Part shown: piece after piece, positions 51,326 through 64,000 of the stretch
Layout: each line of letters opens with the position of its first letter
Position numbering within the stretch: position 1 is the first letter of the stretch
NCBI GenBank assembly: GCA_951406725.2
Contig: OX597820.1
Location: 39,370,001 to 39,434,000 of the forward strand
DNA: 64,000 nucleotides
Reading direction: 5' to 3'
DNA from: Octopus vulgaris
Lineage: Eukaryota
The notes under the pieces: model-generated
What the model was told of the DNA's origin: nothing
The model's database searches: none
Seen by the model: the letters and a program-made list of their open reading frames with translations, nothing else
Position numbers and translations under genes: made by a program

Positions 51326-51917
51326 CGTGGTCTGGTCAATATATATCCGGACTGTTGCTATAATAATGAAGCTAAAGTACAATGAGTAAAGCCGCTTGGA
51401 ACATATTGACCTTGAACTCTGCTGTGTTTTAATGTTCTAGCTCACTTTTGCTGTTTACAGCAGTGCTAGGAAGGAAGGTATGTAGCGTTTCACCGTCGCA
51501 TTGACCATGACGGAGAAAGTTGAGCAGAGAATTTGCATCAAATTTTGCCAAAAGCTTGGCGATACCTGCTCAGGGGCCTACACAAAGTTTCTAAAAAGTT
51601 TTCATCGTTCTCGACACAATCAAGGAGATCTTGTGCAACTGAAACCCGAATGTCCTTTTGGTCAGCTGACAGCAGTTTTGTACACACTTTGTAGGCACTA
51701 GTCTCATGCCCAAATTTTCTGTGATGATAGACTGAACTGAACTGTAACTGATCTGCACATCCTCTGATAACTCACGGATGGTGATTCGACGATTTTTCCT
51801 CACAAATGACACATATCTGCAATATTTTTCTCAGTTCTGCTGGTTGTGGGTCTAGCAGAACGTTTGTCAATATCGACATTTTTCGGCCATCTTGGAAACG
51901 CCTAAACCCCTCGTACA
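51326..51917 (+). mobile_element. Mariner-family transposon relic with internal inversion
   Basis: TA then TIR-like CGTGGTCTGGTCAA; plus-strand MTEKVEQRICIKFCQKLG; continuation YEGFRRFQDGR..RPTTS..NRRITIRELSED..LGMR on the minus strand at about 51591-51917. Confidence 0.8.
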
Positions 51918-52104
51918 TGATAACTTCCTCTGTCATAATCTTATTTTTACTCTTAGCTGAAAAAGTCTAAAAGACAGAAACCGGTACTAAAATGTACTTC
52001 ATGACAAAATTATTTTAGCATTTTCTACCTTGTCTTATTTTCCTTATACATATGAACTTGGGAGTTACTTTCCTACCTGCTACACACACACACACACACA
52101 CACA

Positions 52105-52253
52105 CTCAGACGCCATGATAAATCGTTAACCACTACGCACATTTTTTTTCTCTCCTTGTTTTTTCTGTGTACCTTTCTGTAGAAGAGCATAGGTTCGAAA
52201 CGTAAAATACACCACCTGTCTTCGTCTTTTGTTTATTTTCGTAAACTTTCCCC
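52105..52253 (+). mobile_element. Short element with degenerate hammerhead core
   Basis: TTT CTGTAGA A GAGC-ATAG-GTTC GAAA CGTA AAA at 52174-52207; same stem II arms as 44521-44555. Confidence 0.5.
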
Positions 52254-52302
<49 letters not shown>

Positions 52303-52709
52303 TGTATGTACGTATGTATGTACATGCATAGATATTCATACATGTATGTGTGTCTGTGTCTTTGTATGAATGGATGTATATAAAGATATTTGGTAAACGG
52401 CAGTAGCACCGTCGTGTCATGATATATTTAATACTGTTAGGTTGATGCGAATTATTTATTCCGAGCAGAATCGGTAAGAGATACTACTCCATGTTTCTCG
52501 CACCTTATCTTCAGGTTTAAGTACAATTGCAGACTTGGGATGAGAAAATCATTGTGATTGAACTCTGCGCATGCATGTGTGTGGGTGGGTGTGTATGCGC
52601 GTGTGTTTGTGTTTGCGTACGTACGTGTGTGTGTGTGCTTGCGTGTGAGTGTGCCGATGTGTCATTGACTGTGTGCATATACGTATATGCATATGTGTGT
52701 ATAAGTATG

Positions 52710-52748
<39 letters not shown>

Positions 52749-53011
52749 CATATTTATATACGTATATGTATTCATATATGTATATAAATTATATCATATA
52801 AACACATATAGATTGACACAGGCACACAGGCACACATACACAAACATATGCATGAATGCATTCATGCTTACTTACATACATTCATACTTACATACTTGCA
52901 TACATGTATGTATGTAAATCGTATTTATACACATATATATATATATACATACACAAATATATATATGTATGTGTGTATGCACGTATGTATGTTAATATGT
53001 CTGGATGTAAA

Positions 53012-53044
<33 letters not shown>

Positions 53045-53763
53045 TAAACATATGCCAACCAGCGACTTTTTCTGAAGTTTTAATGTTATCTAGTATATAA
53101 ATCTGCCGATGTGTGGCACAACCATTTTTTACGACTGAACACATTGCTGTCGTGATACGAATACTAATGCTAATAACGATGAGTTTTGATTATCTATATT
53201 TTAAGCATTTTATTTTTTGTTTGCTTGTTTTTTCTTTGTCTTTTCTTTCCTCCCCCCCTCCTCACCCAGATGAATGATTGCCCGAATGTCAGATGGAATT
53301 TCTCCATTGATGCGGTGACTAAGATACTCAGACAATCTCCAGGCGACGGCTGTCGATATGAGAATAATCCAAGCTTGTCTTGGAAGACAAAACATTTGAC
53401 GAACGTTTCTGTCTAATTTTATCGGTACCATCTATTATTCTCCATACATGTGCCCACTCACGCTAGTACTTTCTTCTCCAAGCTCCTGCCCTGCTTCTAA
53501 CACACCATCATAGACGCTTATATACGTTTATAATCATACACAAAAGCATACACATACACGTGTGTGTGTGTGTGTGTTGATTTACTTGTGCGTTCGTCTA
53601 TACATTTATGTGTGTTGCTGCACCACCTACACTGTTAAGTCTAGAGTTGTGTGTGAACATAAGGATTCATACTCGTACACAAGTTTAACACATGGAATGC
53701 ATATGCACACATACACATATTTATAAGTAATATGTTTGTTTGCACACCTGCATATACATACAT

Positions 53764-53844
<81 letters not shown>

Positions 53845-54162
53845 TATATATCTGTCTGTAGGTGGATGTGGATGTATGTATACATACATACACATATAAT
53901 ATATACATATATTCGTGTGTGTGTGTGTATTTGTATTTCTATTTGTTAGTGTGTGTCGGTGAGTGTAAATATATATGAATTCACTTCAATGCACACATTA
54001 TTAAATATGTATTCGTACACCCACCTTTGTATCTAAATATATTTATACAACCCTGATTTATCTACTACATGCATGCATAGACACATACATGCACTCATTC
54101 ATGTATGCATACATGCTCTTACATACATTCATACAAATATACATACATAAATACATATATAC

Positions 54163-54217
54163 AGAAACCAGCTCGTTCTCTATTGGCAAGAAATCTTGAA
54201 ATAAAACTGAACAATGA
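54163..54217 (+). mobile_element. 55-bp extreme 3' tip of the R4/Dong-like element, copy 4
   Basis: AGAAACC..TTGGCAAGAAATCTTGAAATAA..CTGAA.AATGA matches the 3' end of copy 1; CATA repeats on both sides. Confidence 0.7.
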
Positions 54218-54735
54218 CATACATACATACATACATACATACATACATACATACATACATACATACATACATACATGCACGATGTCTATTTCTCATGTAG
54301 AATAAAATCTCATTGCCTCCTACATCTCTTTTGGCAAACCTTACGAACAGATTTGTGCTCTTCCATAAACCATAGTACATTGTATAACACTGTTTTCTAA
54401 GTCGCCAACAGATTTTCAAATCTTGGCACTTGTGCTACATGTTCTGCAAACTTTCATCGTGAACAAACTGCAGTCAACTTTCTGTTTGACTTCTATAACT
54501 CCATTGCTGGTTAGAAAGTGACATATGTCACCAAAAAAATCTCAGATCAAGTTTATACGATCCAGTGCAAATGCCGTGCATTTTTGTACAGCTCTTAAAT
54601 TCTACGCAGGGATGTACGTTTAGCCATCAACAGTATTTCGTTCCTGTTCCATTTTGACTTATTTCAAATACTTTTAAGGAGATTTTACTGTCCTTAAACT
54701 TCAGTCATGACTTGTGATGAGGGCACTTTCATATA

Positions 54736-56030
54736 CACAGACATGCAGGAAGTAAATAGACACCTTTAATGTTCAAAATTACTGATTTATGCATGTAGAA
54801 TTTACAATGTAATTATTCTTTTTCATTCCAGGTACCATTATATTAAACATTTGCGAAGAGTAACCATGACACGCACAAAAAATTCAACAGAAATGTCAGA
54901 TTTTCAAAGAGGTTGTATTGTTGGGCAATCTGAGGCTGGTCGTTTAGCAGATGACGTTTGAGTAATATCATAAGGCATTCAAAGGTTGAGCCAGCGAAAA
55001 ATTGCCAAAAATCTTCAAATTCCTCTTGCTACTGTTAATAGAACTATAGTGCAGTTGAAACGCCAAGGAAAAGAATCAACAGTTTCTCGTCTCGGCCGAC
55101 CTGGACCTTCGGAAAGGAAGCTTCGTTGAAGAGAATTGTGGAAAACGAACCCCGTTCGAAGGCTTCTGACATTGCAAAACAACTAGAAGTTAGTCTAAGA
55201 ACGTGTTACATATCTGCATAAGCTTGGGTATTATGGACGAGTAGCTAGAAGAAAACTTCTCCTTCAACCAATTAATATCATGAAAAGAAAGACATGGGCT
55301 GAGGAGATGTCAGAAAAGTTCAGTTCATTTTGGGATAGAGTGATTTTCTCAAATGAATCCAGATTTGCATTATTTTCAGACAGTGGACGTGTTTGGGTTT
55401 GGAGGCTTCCCAATCAGGAATTTGATTTGAAGCAACTCCAACCAACTGTGAAACATGGCGGTATCTCTGTAATGGTATGGGGAGCTGTCACCAGCAATGG
55501 TCAATCTGAGCTGATTGAATGTGTTGGAACCATAAACTCTGAAAAATACATTGAAATACTTAAGCAAGAACTACTTCCGATGTATTCACGCGATACCATA
55601 ACGAAAAATAAATTTTTATTCATGAAAGATAGGGCTCCATACCACACAACGAAAAGGAATCAACAATGGCTGACTGAAAATGGGATCAAAAAGCATCCTT
55701 GCCGAGCCAATCTCCTGAAATGAACCCAACTGAAAATCTTTAGAACTTACAAGATATAGCTATACGAAACTCGACAGAAACCTAAATCTAAAAATAAATT
55801 GTTTCGATTGTTGCGTGAAAAGTGGGCAGAAATTCCACATGAGACAATCTCATAGCTCATCAGTTCAGTGCCAAAAAGAGTTTCTGAATCAAAAACTGCA
55901 AAAAAATGTTAACTAAATACTAAAGTATGTAGTCCTACCTATCAATTACATTTCAATTGTTCGCTTTGCGTATGAAATAAAAAAATATTTTGAAAATTAA
56001 AGGTGTCTATTTACTTCCTGCATGTCTGTG
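54736..56030 (+). mobile_element. Tc1-family DNA transposon with complete ends and defective transposase
   Basis: TIR CACAGACATGCAGGAAGTAAATAGACACCTTTAAT (35 bp perfect) at both ends; TA duplication at 54734-54735 and 56031-56032; VIFSNESRF, PTVKHGG..VMVWG, KDRAPYH and SPEMNP.EN motifs. Confidence 0.93.
54866..55920 (+). pseudogene. Tc1 transposase pseudogene
   Basis: Starts MTRTKNSTEMSDFQRGCIVG; interrupted by an insertion, stops and frameshifts. Confidence 0.85.
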
Positions 56031-56247
56031 TACAAGCTCAATGTTTCTTTCTACAGTTGATTTCATTTATTTCAAATAACTTTCGTGAAGGACTTACGCA
56101 GTCCTTAAAGTTCAGCCACGGTATATGCTGGTTCCGTCTTCCATACAGAACAAGCACAACATTCAGCATTTGCTTTGAGATTCGCTAATCATACATACAT
56201 ACATACATACATACATACATACATACATACATACATACATACATACC

Positions 56248-56722
56248 TAATTAGCTGCCCAACGGATGTTAACATTAAGCTAAAGATCGGTGAAAAAGAA
56301 AATACCTACGCTGGACTATTGAGAAATCTACAGTTACTCTATCCAGGTTACGAGTTCAGTTTTATGCCTGTAATTATCAGGGCACTGGGATATGTAACAC
56401 ACTGCCTAAATACCAATCTTGAGAAATTAGGCTTCTCAAAACCAGAAAGGAGAAAGCTGAATCGACGACTACAGGTCCAAGCCATCACTGGAACTGTAAA
56501 GATCTGTAGAACTTACCAGAAGTTTATCATTTAAGTACGTCTAGATATGCAACCATATGCATGAGAATATATACATAAAAAACATACAAATCTGCACAAG
56601 CACTGGCTCTAAATACTGCACATATATATCCATACATGCGCAAATACCCTGTTGATGTTGAAATTTCAATGAAAGTGCCTTGGATCTAGGTTAGAAACCG
56701 ACTCTTTCTCTTTTGCCAAGAA
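56248..56722 (+). mobile_element. R4/Dong-like RLE element 3' fragment, copy 5
   Basis: ISCPTDVNIKLKIGEKENTYAGLLRNLQLLYP..MPVIIRALGY..GTVKICRTYQKF plus shared 3' UTR; preceded by pure (CATA)n. Confidence 0.82.
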
Positions 56723-56806
56723 CACACACACACACACATACATGCATATATATATACACATGCATACATACACACACGTACATACATACATACATACATA
56801 CATACA

Positions 56807-56887
<81 letters not shown>

Positions 56888-56914
56888 GCTTACATACATA
56901 ATACTGCTACTAAT

Positions 56915-57085
56915 AATAATAATAATTGATGCATTTGATTTGGTTAGTAAATGCCAAAGTGACAATCTGAATAAGCTAGGATCTTCAATAAAATGAGGCG
57001 ACCAGCTAATTAACACATTACAAATACGATCTGTAAGTGGAACTGTATAAATATGCAAGACTTTTGTCAAGTTTAAATGCGAATT
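56915..57085 (+). mobile_element. Diverged relative of the R4/Dong-like element, copy 6
   Basis: IIIDAFDLV..NLNKLG..LQIRSVSGTV*ICKTFVKF. Confidence 0.55.
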
Positions 57086-57224
57086 TGTTTTTACTACCAA
57101 TAAATAGTCCACTTTGGATCTTTATACCTTTGACAGAAACCAACAACTTTTTTGCCATGAAGATTTCAAATAATTAAAAATAGAAGAAAACATACATAAA
57201 TTCTTTTCTACTCTAAGCATATTT

Positions 57225-57408
57225 GGGGGGAGAGGAGCCAGTCGATTAGATCGACACCAGTATACAACTGGTACATAATTTATCGACCTCGAAAGGATGA
57301 AAGGCAAAGTCGACCTCGGCGGAATTTGGACTCAAAACGTAAAGACAGACGAAATACCGCTAAGCATTTCGCCCGGAGTACTAACGTTTTTGCCAGCTCG
57401 CCGCCTTA
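57225..57408 (-). mobile_element. SINE family A
   Basis: Well-conserved reverse complement of the family pattern. Confidence 0.85.
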
Positions 57409-58134
57409 GAACATACATATATTAACGAAGTAACGAGAAATCTGTAGATACTATATCCGAACAACAAATTCAGAAAAACAGAGAACGGAAGATTAATTAA
57501 AATAATTTAATTATAACTATAAGTATTTAATTATAATTATAATTATAATGTGGTAACAGTAGTGAATCTATAAATATGTAATGCATTCGAGAAGTTACAC
57601 ATATTCACATACAGACATATGAACTTTTGTGAGTGTATGCCTACATAAGAGAAAACATACAGACCCATACACGCATTCATATCTCTCCATGCAAACGTAC
57701 ATTTCACACGTACGTACACACACACAAATATATATAAGCGTGTGTGTGTGTATGTGTGTGTGTGTGGTTTACTTATTATTTATTCATTTAAGCGTACACA
57801 CACTTACAAACAAACTTATATTACGCATGGACATACATGCAAACATACATGCACATATACACATACATACAAAATCTTTACATCAATGATATATTATCTT
57901 CTTTGTTCTACTCAACAATAATTAGAGATTACAAAATCTTGAACAAAATTCATCATGTAAATGTACTGTGAACACAGGTAGATTGACCAAAGATTACTAT
58001 ACCAGAATTTTCAAAATATTTTAGTCGGGGCTTTTATCTTGTAACCAGGCAATAACTTATAATGCATTTCGGTATCATAACTGATATCATCAATTGGGAT
58101 ACTTCACCAGTCTATGGAAGAAATCCACTCCACT

Positions 58135-58280
58135 ACACAATTGGTAATTATTTTATCGATCCCGAAAGGACGAAAAGCAAAGTCGACTTCAATGAAATTT
58201 GAACTCAGAACGTAAACACGAATGAAATGTCCTTAAAGATTCTGCCCGGCGAGCTAACGAATCTGCCAGCTTACCGCCTT
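58135..58280 (-). mobile_element. SINE family A, degenerate
   Basis: TTTTATCGATCCCGAAAGG..AAAGTCGAC..GAACTCAGAACGT. Confidence 0.7.
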
Positions 58281-59157
58281 CTACTCTATAAATCTCAAAA
58301 CCCAGCCAAATTCTGACATCAGTTAGAAGCTTTCACAAAAATAGTAATATTAAGAGGCTCTGTTTCAGAAGGAAATAAGGGGGAGAAGCTTAATATTAGC
58401 CCAGACAACCTTTGAATGCCTTATGATATTACTCGAACGTCATCTGCTAAACGACAGCAGCAAAACGAAGGACATCGACCAAGTACTTAGCTCAGATATG
58501 AAAATAGCAATATCCTAGGGAAGTCAGGATGAACTCCTCATGAAGTATTCACTCCCTGGTGACATTCTATGTGACACAAAATTAGCTGGAGTAGTTTATC
58601 TCGAGGAAGACTTGCAGACAAAATTCTCAGCATGCCATAGAAAGATTATGCATGGACATTTTTCCTGTAAACTTGAAAAAGATTATTGATGAGAAGTATA
58701 GCTGCTCTCCTAGACCGGTATATCTTATCACATTGAAGATTATGCTTTTGAAATCCATGAGTAGAAGATAGCCTTGAAATACCTAATGAATAAAAGAGAC
58801 AGCAAAGCACTTAATCGCTCAAGATATTGATATTACACTTGTGAGTAGAGCTTCCTAACAATGTCATTAATATAACACACCATCCAATAGGGTATGATAG
58901 GTTTTTGTTTTGTCTTTTATTTGCTTGATGTCCTTGTTATCTAAATCAATATGTAATGCAATCTGTAGGAAAGACATCTCAAAGATAAATGTAGAAAATA
59001 TTTTTATTATCAAATAGATACGAACGTGTGATCATAAGAAATACTCCTGGAACGTTTACAAAGAAACGTACTGCAAGTGTAAATTACACCAAGTGCAAAT
59101 TATGTTCAGTTATAAAAGTCAGCTGATTTGCAGTGTAAATATGTATTTCAAAATCGT

Positions 59158-59535
59158 GGAGGCGCAATGGCCCAGTGGTTAGGGCAGCGGATCGCGGTCA
59201 TAGGATCGCGGTTTCGATTCCCAGACCGGGCGTTGTGAGTGTTTATTGAGCGAAAACACCTAAAGCTCCACGAGGCTCCGGCAGAGGATTGTGGTGATCG
59301 CTGCTGTACTCTTTCACCACAACTTTCTCTCACTCTTACTTCCTGTTTCTGTTGTACCTGTATTTCAAAGGGTCGGCCTTGTCACTCTCTGTGTCACGCT
59401 GAATATCCCCGAGAACTACGTTAAGGGTACACGTGTCTGTGGAGTACTCAGCCACTTACACGTTAATTTCACGAGCAGGCTGTTCCGTTGATTCGGATCA
59501 ACCGGAACCCTCGTCGTCGTAACCGACGGAGTGCT
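59158..59535 (+). mobile_element. SINE family C, full length
   Basis: A-box TGGCCCAGTGG and B-box GTTTCGATTCC in a tRNA-like head; ATTTCAAAATC present on both flanks (candidate target-site duplication). Confidence 0.85.
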
Positions 59536-60010
59536 TCCATTTCAAAATCAGTGAGAAAGGTATTGATGTATAAATGCTTCGAAACCTAGGGCTTCTCTAT
59601 CCAAATTATAAATTCACGTTTTTACTTTTAAATGTTAGTGCCTTCGTTATGCTAGCAAATATGTAAATAGTAAAGTACCTCTCTTAACATAACTAGAACT
59701 GCGTGCTAATGAGTTTTCTCCCCTTTCAGAGCCAAAAGGCATATCTATCCTCAACAGTTATTGATACTATACAAATAACTGATAAAGCCATAAATCAGTG
59801 TTGTGCTCATACCTGGAATAGTGCTTGCTGCACACATAGGTCCTCTAGAACACATCGAGGAAAGGTCATCGGACTGATTGGCTTGAAGACACTCACAGAC
59901 ACGATCCATTCTCTAATACACGGATGTAGTATCTCCTTTCCCTCTGACTCACCTCTCTCTATTACCTTTCTATCTCTCCCTCTCTTTCTCTCTCTCTCTT
60001 TCTCTTTCTT

Positions 60011-60042
<32 letters not shown>

Positions 60043-61072
60043 CCACTCTCTGCGCTTTCTACCGTTACGATAATGCCCTCTACTCAGGGCTAGATGACCT
60101 CATACAGACTCCACTCGGGTATTCTCACCTCATTCTTGTCTCCTCCTTACATCACTCTTGTTATATACAAACCATCAGGCTCGGCACTGGTCCTTCCTTC
60201 ATCAAACATCTGATGTTAGGAATTCCCTCGCTGTTAATTTCTTTTCTCCACGTATTGATTTACAAGCGCTCTGGGCAAACATCAATGACATTTACCTCAC
60301 TGGTCTAGGAGGGCCTATGAAGGCCAACTTTTCCTTCCTACTGGCCCAAGAAGTAAGAAAACAAAATTCGAAATTTTGTAGTTTTCATGGGAAGAAAAGG
60401 GCCAGATGATAAGCATTTTGCAAATAAAATCTGTAAAAAGAGTCTTAAAAATATGTGGGGTGTTCTTGAAGTTCAACAAGTTGTTATCTAATTTTCAACG
60501 ATGGATCTTTCCTTCTTTGTAAGAAACCAGTTCCTTCTTTATAAGAGGGAAGAAATCAAATAATTTATACTGAAATTTAACAAATATACATACACTCTTG
60601 CATACATACTTCAAAAAGGATGTGTTGTAGCCTTGCATTTCTATTAACACCGTATGAGATCCGGGCAGTAACACTGAAGCTTAGTCTCTAATGGAGAAGA
60701 AATTTCAACAGTTATCTTAATTTGAGGGAGCGCAGAAATATAAACACAATTATAATGCCTAATGAAATTAAGGAAACCATGCAATTAAAGCCGTCGCTGA
60801 CCACCCCCTAGGGGATATTGGTAAATCCTACTTTACACAACAATATCAAAGAATATACCCTTTCACTAAGAAGACTGTATATAGGTACTTGAAAGGGAAT
60901 AGAAGGAAATAACACAGTAAAAGATTGTTCAGTACTGACATATATATAACATCTCATCTTGAAGGTTACCTTCCTGCAATCCAGATGTGTCTATGTATAT
61001 GTGTGCTTTCTTGGTAATTGTATGTGTGTTTGCATGTGCTTCCTTGGTAATTATATATATTTTTTATATATT

Positions 61073-61256
<184 letters not shown>

Positions 61257-61443
61257 CACATACATACTATGTACGTACGTACGTAAGAATTTATGTTTGA
61301 ATTTATGAACGAGAGAAAGTGCTCAAAACGGAATAGGGTTTATTCATTTATACATTCGCGTATGTGTACGTGGATACATACGCATATGTGTGTGTGCGCG
61401 CGCGTGTGTGTATGTTTCTATGTATGGTATGTGTGTATTGGTA

Positions 61444-61477
61444 GTTCTCATTTCTAAGGTATTTTTCGATGTTGTTG

Positions 61478-61543
<66 letters not shown>

Positions 61544-61716
61544 CAGGTCATTGCTTGGAATTGAACTAATAATAATATCAAAAAATACTTCAGGAATGAG
61601 AACCCAGGTTCGAAATTTCCCCCAAGACACCTAATGAAAGCTGGAGGATATATCAGCCGAAACGTTATATTAACAACAAAGATGAGGACAAAAATACGTC
61701 AAATGTAAATAATGTG
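61444..61716. mobile_element. Hammerhead-family element with inverted 5' part
   Basis: 61444-61567 on minus (B-box, (AAT)n, start of body) joined to 61568-61716 on plus (body with CTAATGA..GAAACGTT). Confidence 0.72.
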
Positions 61717-61837
61717 TATCAGAATATGCGTATATTTTGATGAAAATGTTAGAATCGTTCTGTTTAAATTAAGTAACTTTGCTGATTTTTCCCATTCTTC
61801 AAATCACTTGAATAATTTTGCTGTTTATGAAGTGTAG

Positions 61838-61998
61838 CCATGGATGTACGATTAAGAAGCTAGCTTTGCAGCATCGTATTTTGGGGTTGAGACCCATAGC
61901 GTGGCACCTTACGTAAGTGTCTTCTACTATTGCACGGGCTGGATGGTGTCTTGTGAGTTGAAATTTGGTAGTTGAAAACTGTGTGGGTACCCGTCGTA

Positions 61999-62091
<93 letters not shown>

Positions 62092-62405
62092 CTGTATCTA
62101 TCTGTGTATCTATCTGTGTGTGTGCGCGTGTGTATGTGTGCGTGTGCGTGTGTGTGTGTGTCTGTGTGTGTGTGTGTCTGTGTGTGTGTGTAGGCATCTT
62201 TGTATTTGCCCCACCAACACTGCTTGACAACCGAAGATGGTGTGTTTACATTCCCGTAACTAGCAGTTCGGTAAAAAAAAAAAAAAGACTGGTAGGATAG
62301 ATGCAAGATTTTTTAAAATGATAACTGGGCTCGACCTATACAACTAAATCCTTCAAGATGGTGCCCCAGCAAGGCCACAGTCCAATGACTGGAACAAGAA
62401 AAAGA
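61838..62405 (+). mobile_element. SINE family B, old copy with internal (TATC)n/(TG)n
   Basis: GTGGCACCTT..AAGTGTCTTCTACTAT and 3' CCAGCA.GGCC.CAGTC.AATGACTG. Confidence 0.7.
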
Positions 62406-62979
62406 TAATTGCATTTAGGGTCTCACGTACCGTAAACTGACTGTGCGTAAACAGTATCTATTTTGTAAGCGGAATATGAATGGGGGTATTAGTGGAAAGA
62501 AAGCTTACGTAATATACCAGGAATCATGAAAATTGTCTTATCTGTACGTTGCTTGAAAGAATTATAACTGTATTTTAGATATTCATATATTGAATAAATA
62601 GTGACAGGTGTCACTTGCCTCAGTATATCACAGTACTTCTATATATTGTCAAAGTGAGCTTTCGAGTTGTCCACTGAATTATGTGAAAAATTTAAATACG
62701 ACGGACTTTACCAGTGTCAGGCATGAAGCTGATAGAATCTATAGGAAATGGAAATAATCCTTCGATATTAGATCCCTTCTTAGCAACGTTAAGTGCATAT
62801 ATGGAGTGAAATATTGGCAGCAGCTGCATTCAAATCAATGAAGTCTTTAATACCCGGACATCAATAAGTATTTTTAAAAGCTCTGCCCAATTCGTCTATA
62901 ATACATTTGTATATGACTTTTGCTCTTCTATAATTCAATAAAATGAAGAATGACATGCAGTAGGATAGGATAGCTGGAT

Positions 62980-63630
62980 TCTTTCCAATGTTACGCTGCA
63001 TTTTATCGGCTTCTGGTGGCTAAACAAAATCGGTGATACACTACTTTACAAAAGCAGTAGATGGGCACACATTAATTTCATAGTCGTTTGAATCAACCAT
63101 GGGATTGGCAAAGCCGCGGCCAAGTTTCGGAGAATGTGCACAATCTGATTCTTCAAAACTGTCAGTTTACACATAAATATCCGGCTCAATTATAGCATAG
63201 TTCTGTCAATTGTTCTCTATGCTAGTGAGATATGGAATAACACCGCGAAAATTTAAACAGAAATCCCGTTGTTTTCCATCAATGATGCTTGAGAAGGATT
63301 CTCTGAACGTACTGGCAAGATGAAGTAACCAATGAAACGATCTAACGACAGCCAACCAACACAGAACCAATTAGCGATATCATCACGGGACGAAGATTGA
63401 AACTAGATCATATTCTTCGGTTAACAGAACAACGCCACTCTAAAACAGCTTTCAGATGGACACCACCAGAGAGGAAAAGAGAGACAGACCGAAAACTACT
63501 TGGTGCAAAACATTCATAACCGACATGAGAAAGGCTAATGTCACATAGATAAATGTAGAGAAAATGCAGCCACCAGAAGCCAGTGGTGTCAACTTGCTGC
63601 TCAGTGTCTTCGAGTGCACAGGAGTAACTG
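62980..63630 (+). mobile_element. Degenerate RTE LINE 3' fragment
   Basis: VLYASEIW..VFHQ*CLRRIL..WQDEVTNE..RRLKL..HILR..W.PP..RPKTTW motifs. Confidence 0.7.
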
Positions 63631-63733
63631 ATACAGATACTGATTGTTGAATCTTACACTACTCGTGACAGATTTCTTCGTAACAATACGGTTAGGAAAA
63701 TTTCGTAGTTTTAAATGCTCTTGTTTCTCTGTG

Positions 63734-63801
<68 letters not shown>

Positions 63802-63832
63802 TCTTTCTTTCTTTCCAGCTCACTCTCTAATA

Positions 63833-64000
63833 TTGGCACAAGTCCAGTAATTTTGGGGCAGGAGTACGTCGATTACATCAACCGGTACTTATTTTATCGA
63901 CTCCGAAAGGGCGAAAGGCAAACGTGACCCCGATGGCATTTGAACTGAGAACGTAAAGTCGGAAGAAATGCCGCTAAGCATTTTTCCAGCGCGGTAACAA
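63833..64000 (-). mobile_element. SINE family A (runs off window end)
   Basis: TACTTATTTTATCGAC.CCGAAAGG..AAAGGCAAA..GAACT.AGAACGTAAAG. Confidence 0.8.

Noticed and set aside
59158-59235. Functional tRNA gene
   Set aside because: tRNA-like head continues into a SINE body shared with other copies.
59703-60308. 201-aa ORF
   Set aside because: GTG start, spans a (CT)n tract, no recognisable motifs.

Overview
This is AT-rich eukaryotic non-coding DNA, and I can support no host protein-coding exon in it. The SINE families, dense (TA)n/(TATG)n/(CA)n/(GATA)n microsatellites and LINE mix point to a cephalopod (Octopus-like) genome; that is inferred from repeat recognition, not a database result. 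Almost all listed ORFs are microsatellite translations. The real content is transposable: (i) a near-intact ~4.6 kb CR1-clade LINE (31.4-36.0 kb) with only two visible lesions and an AUG-less ORF2 overlapping ORF1; (ii) six fragments of an R4/Dong-like RLE retrotransposon, all in (CATA)n tracts in the same polarity; (iii) several short elements with minimal hammerhead-ribozyme cores, including a tRNA-headed family found in inverted pairs; (iv) head-to-tail Helitrons with a PIF1 helicase fragment and a nested MITE; (v) a complete-ended Tc1 element disrupted by a 45-bp insertion copied from 3.4 kb away; (vi) a mariner relic with an internal inversion; (vii) many RTE fragments, three tRNA-derived SINE families and a tRNA-Asp pseudogene. 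Boundaries of degenerate repeats are approximate and were read by eye.
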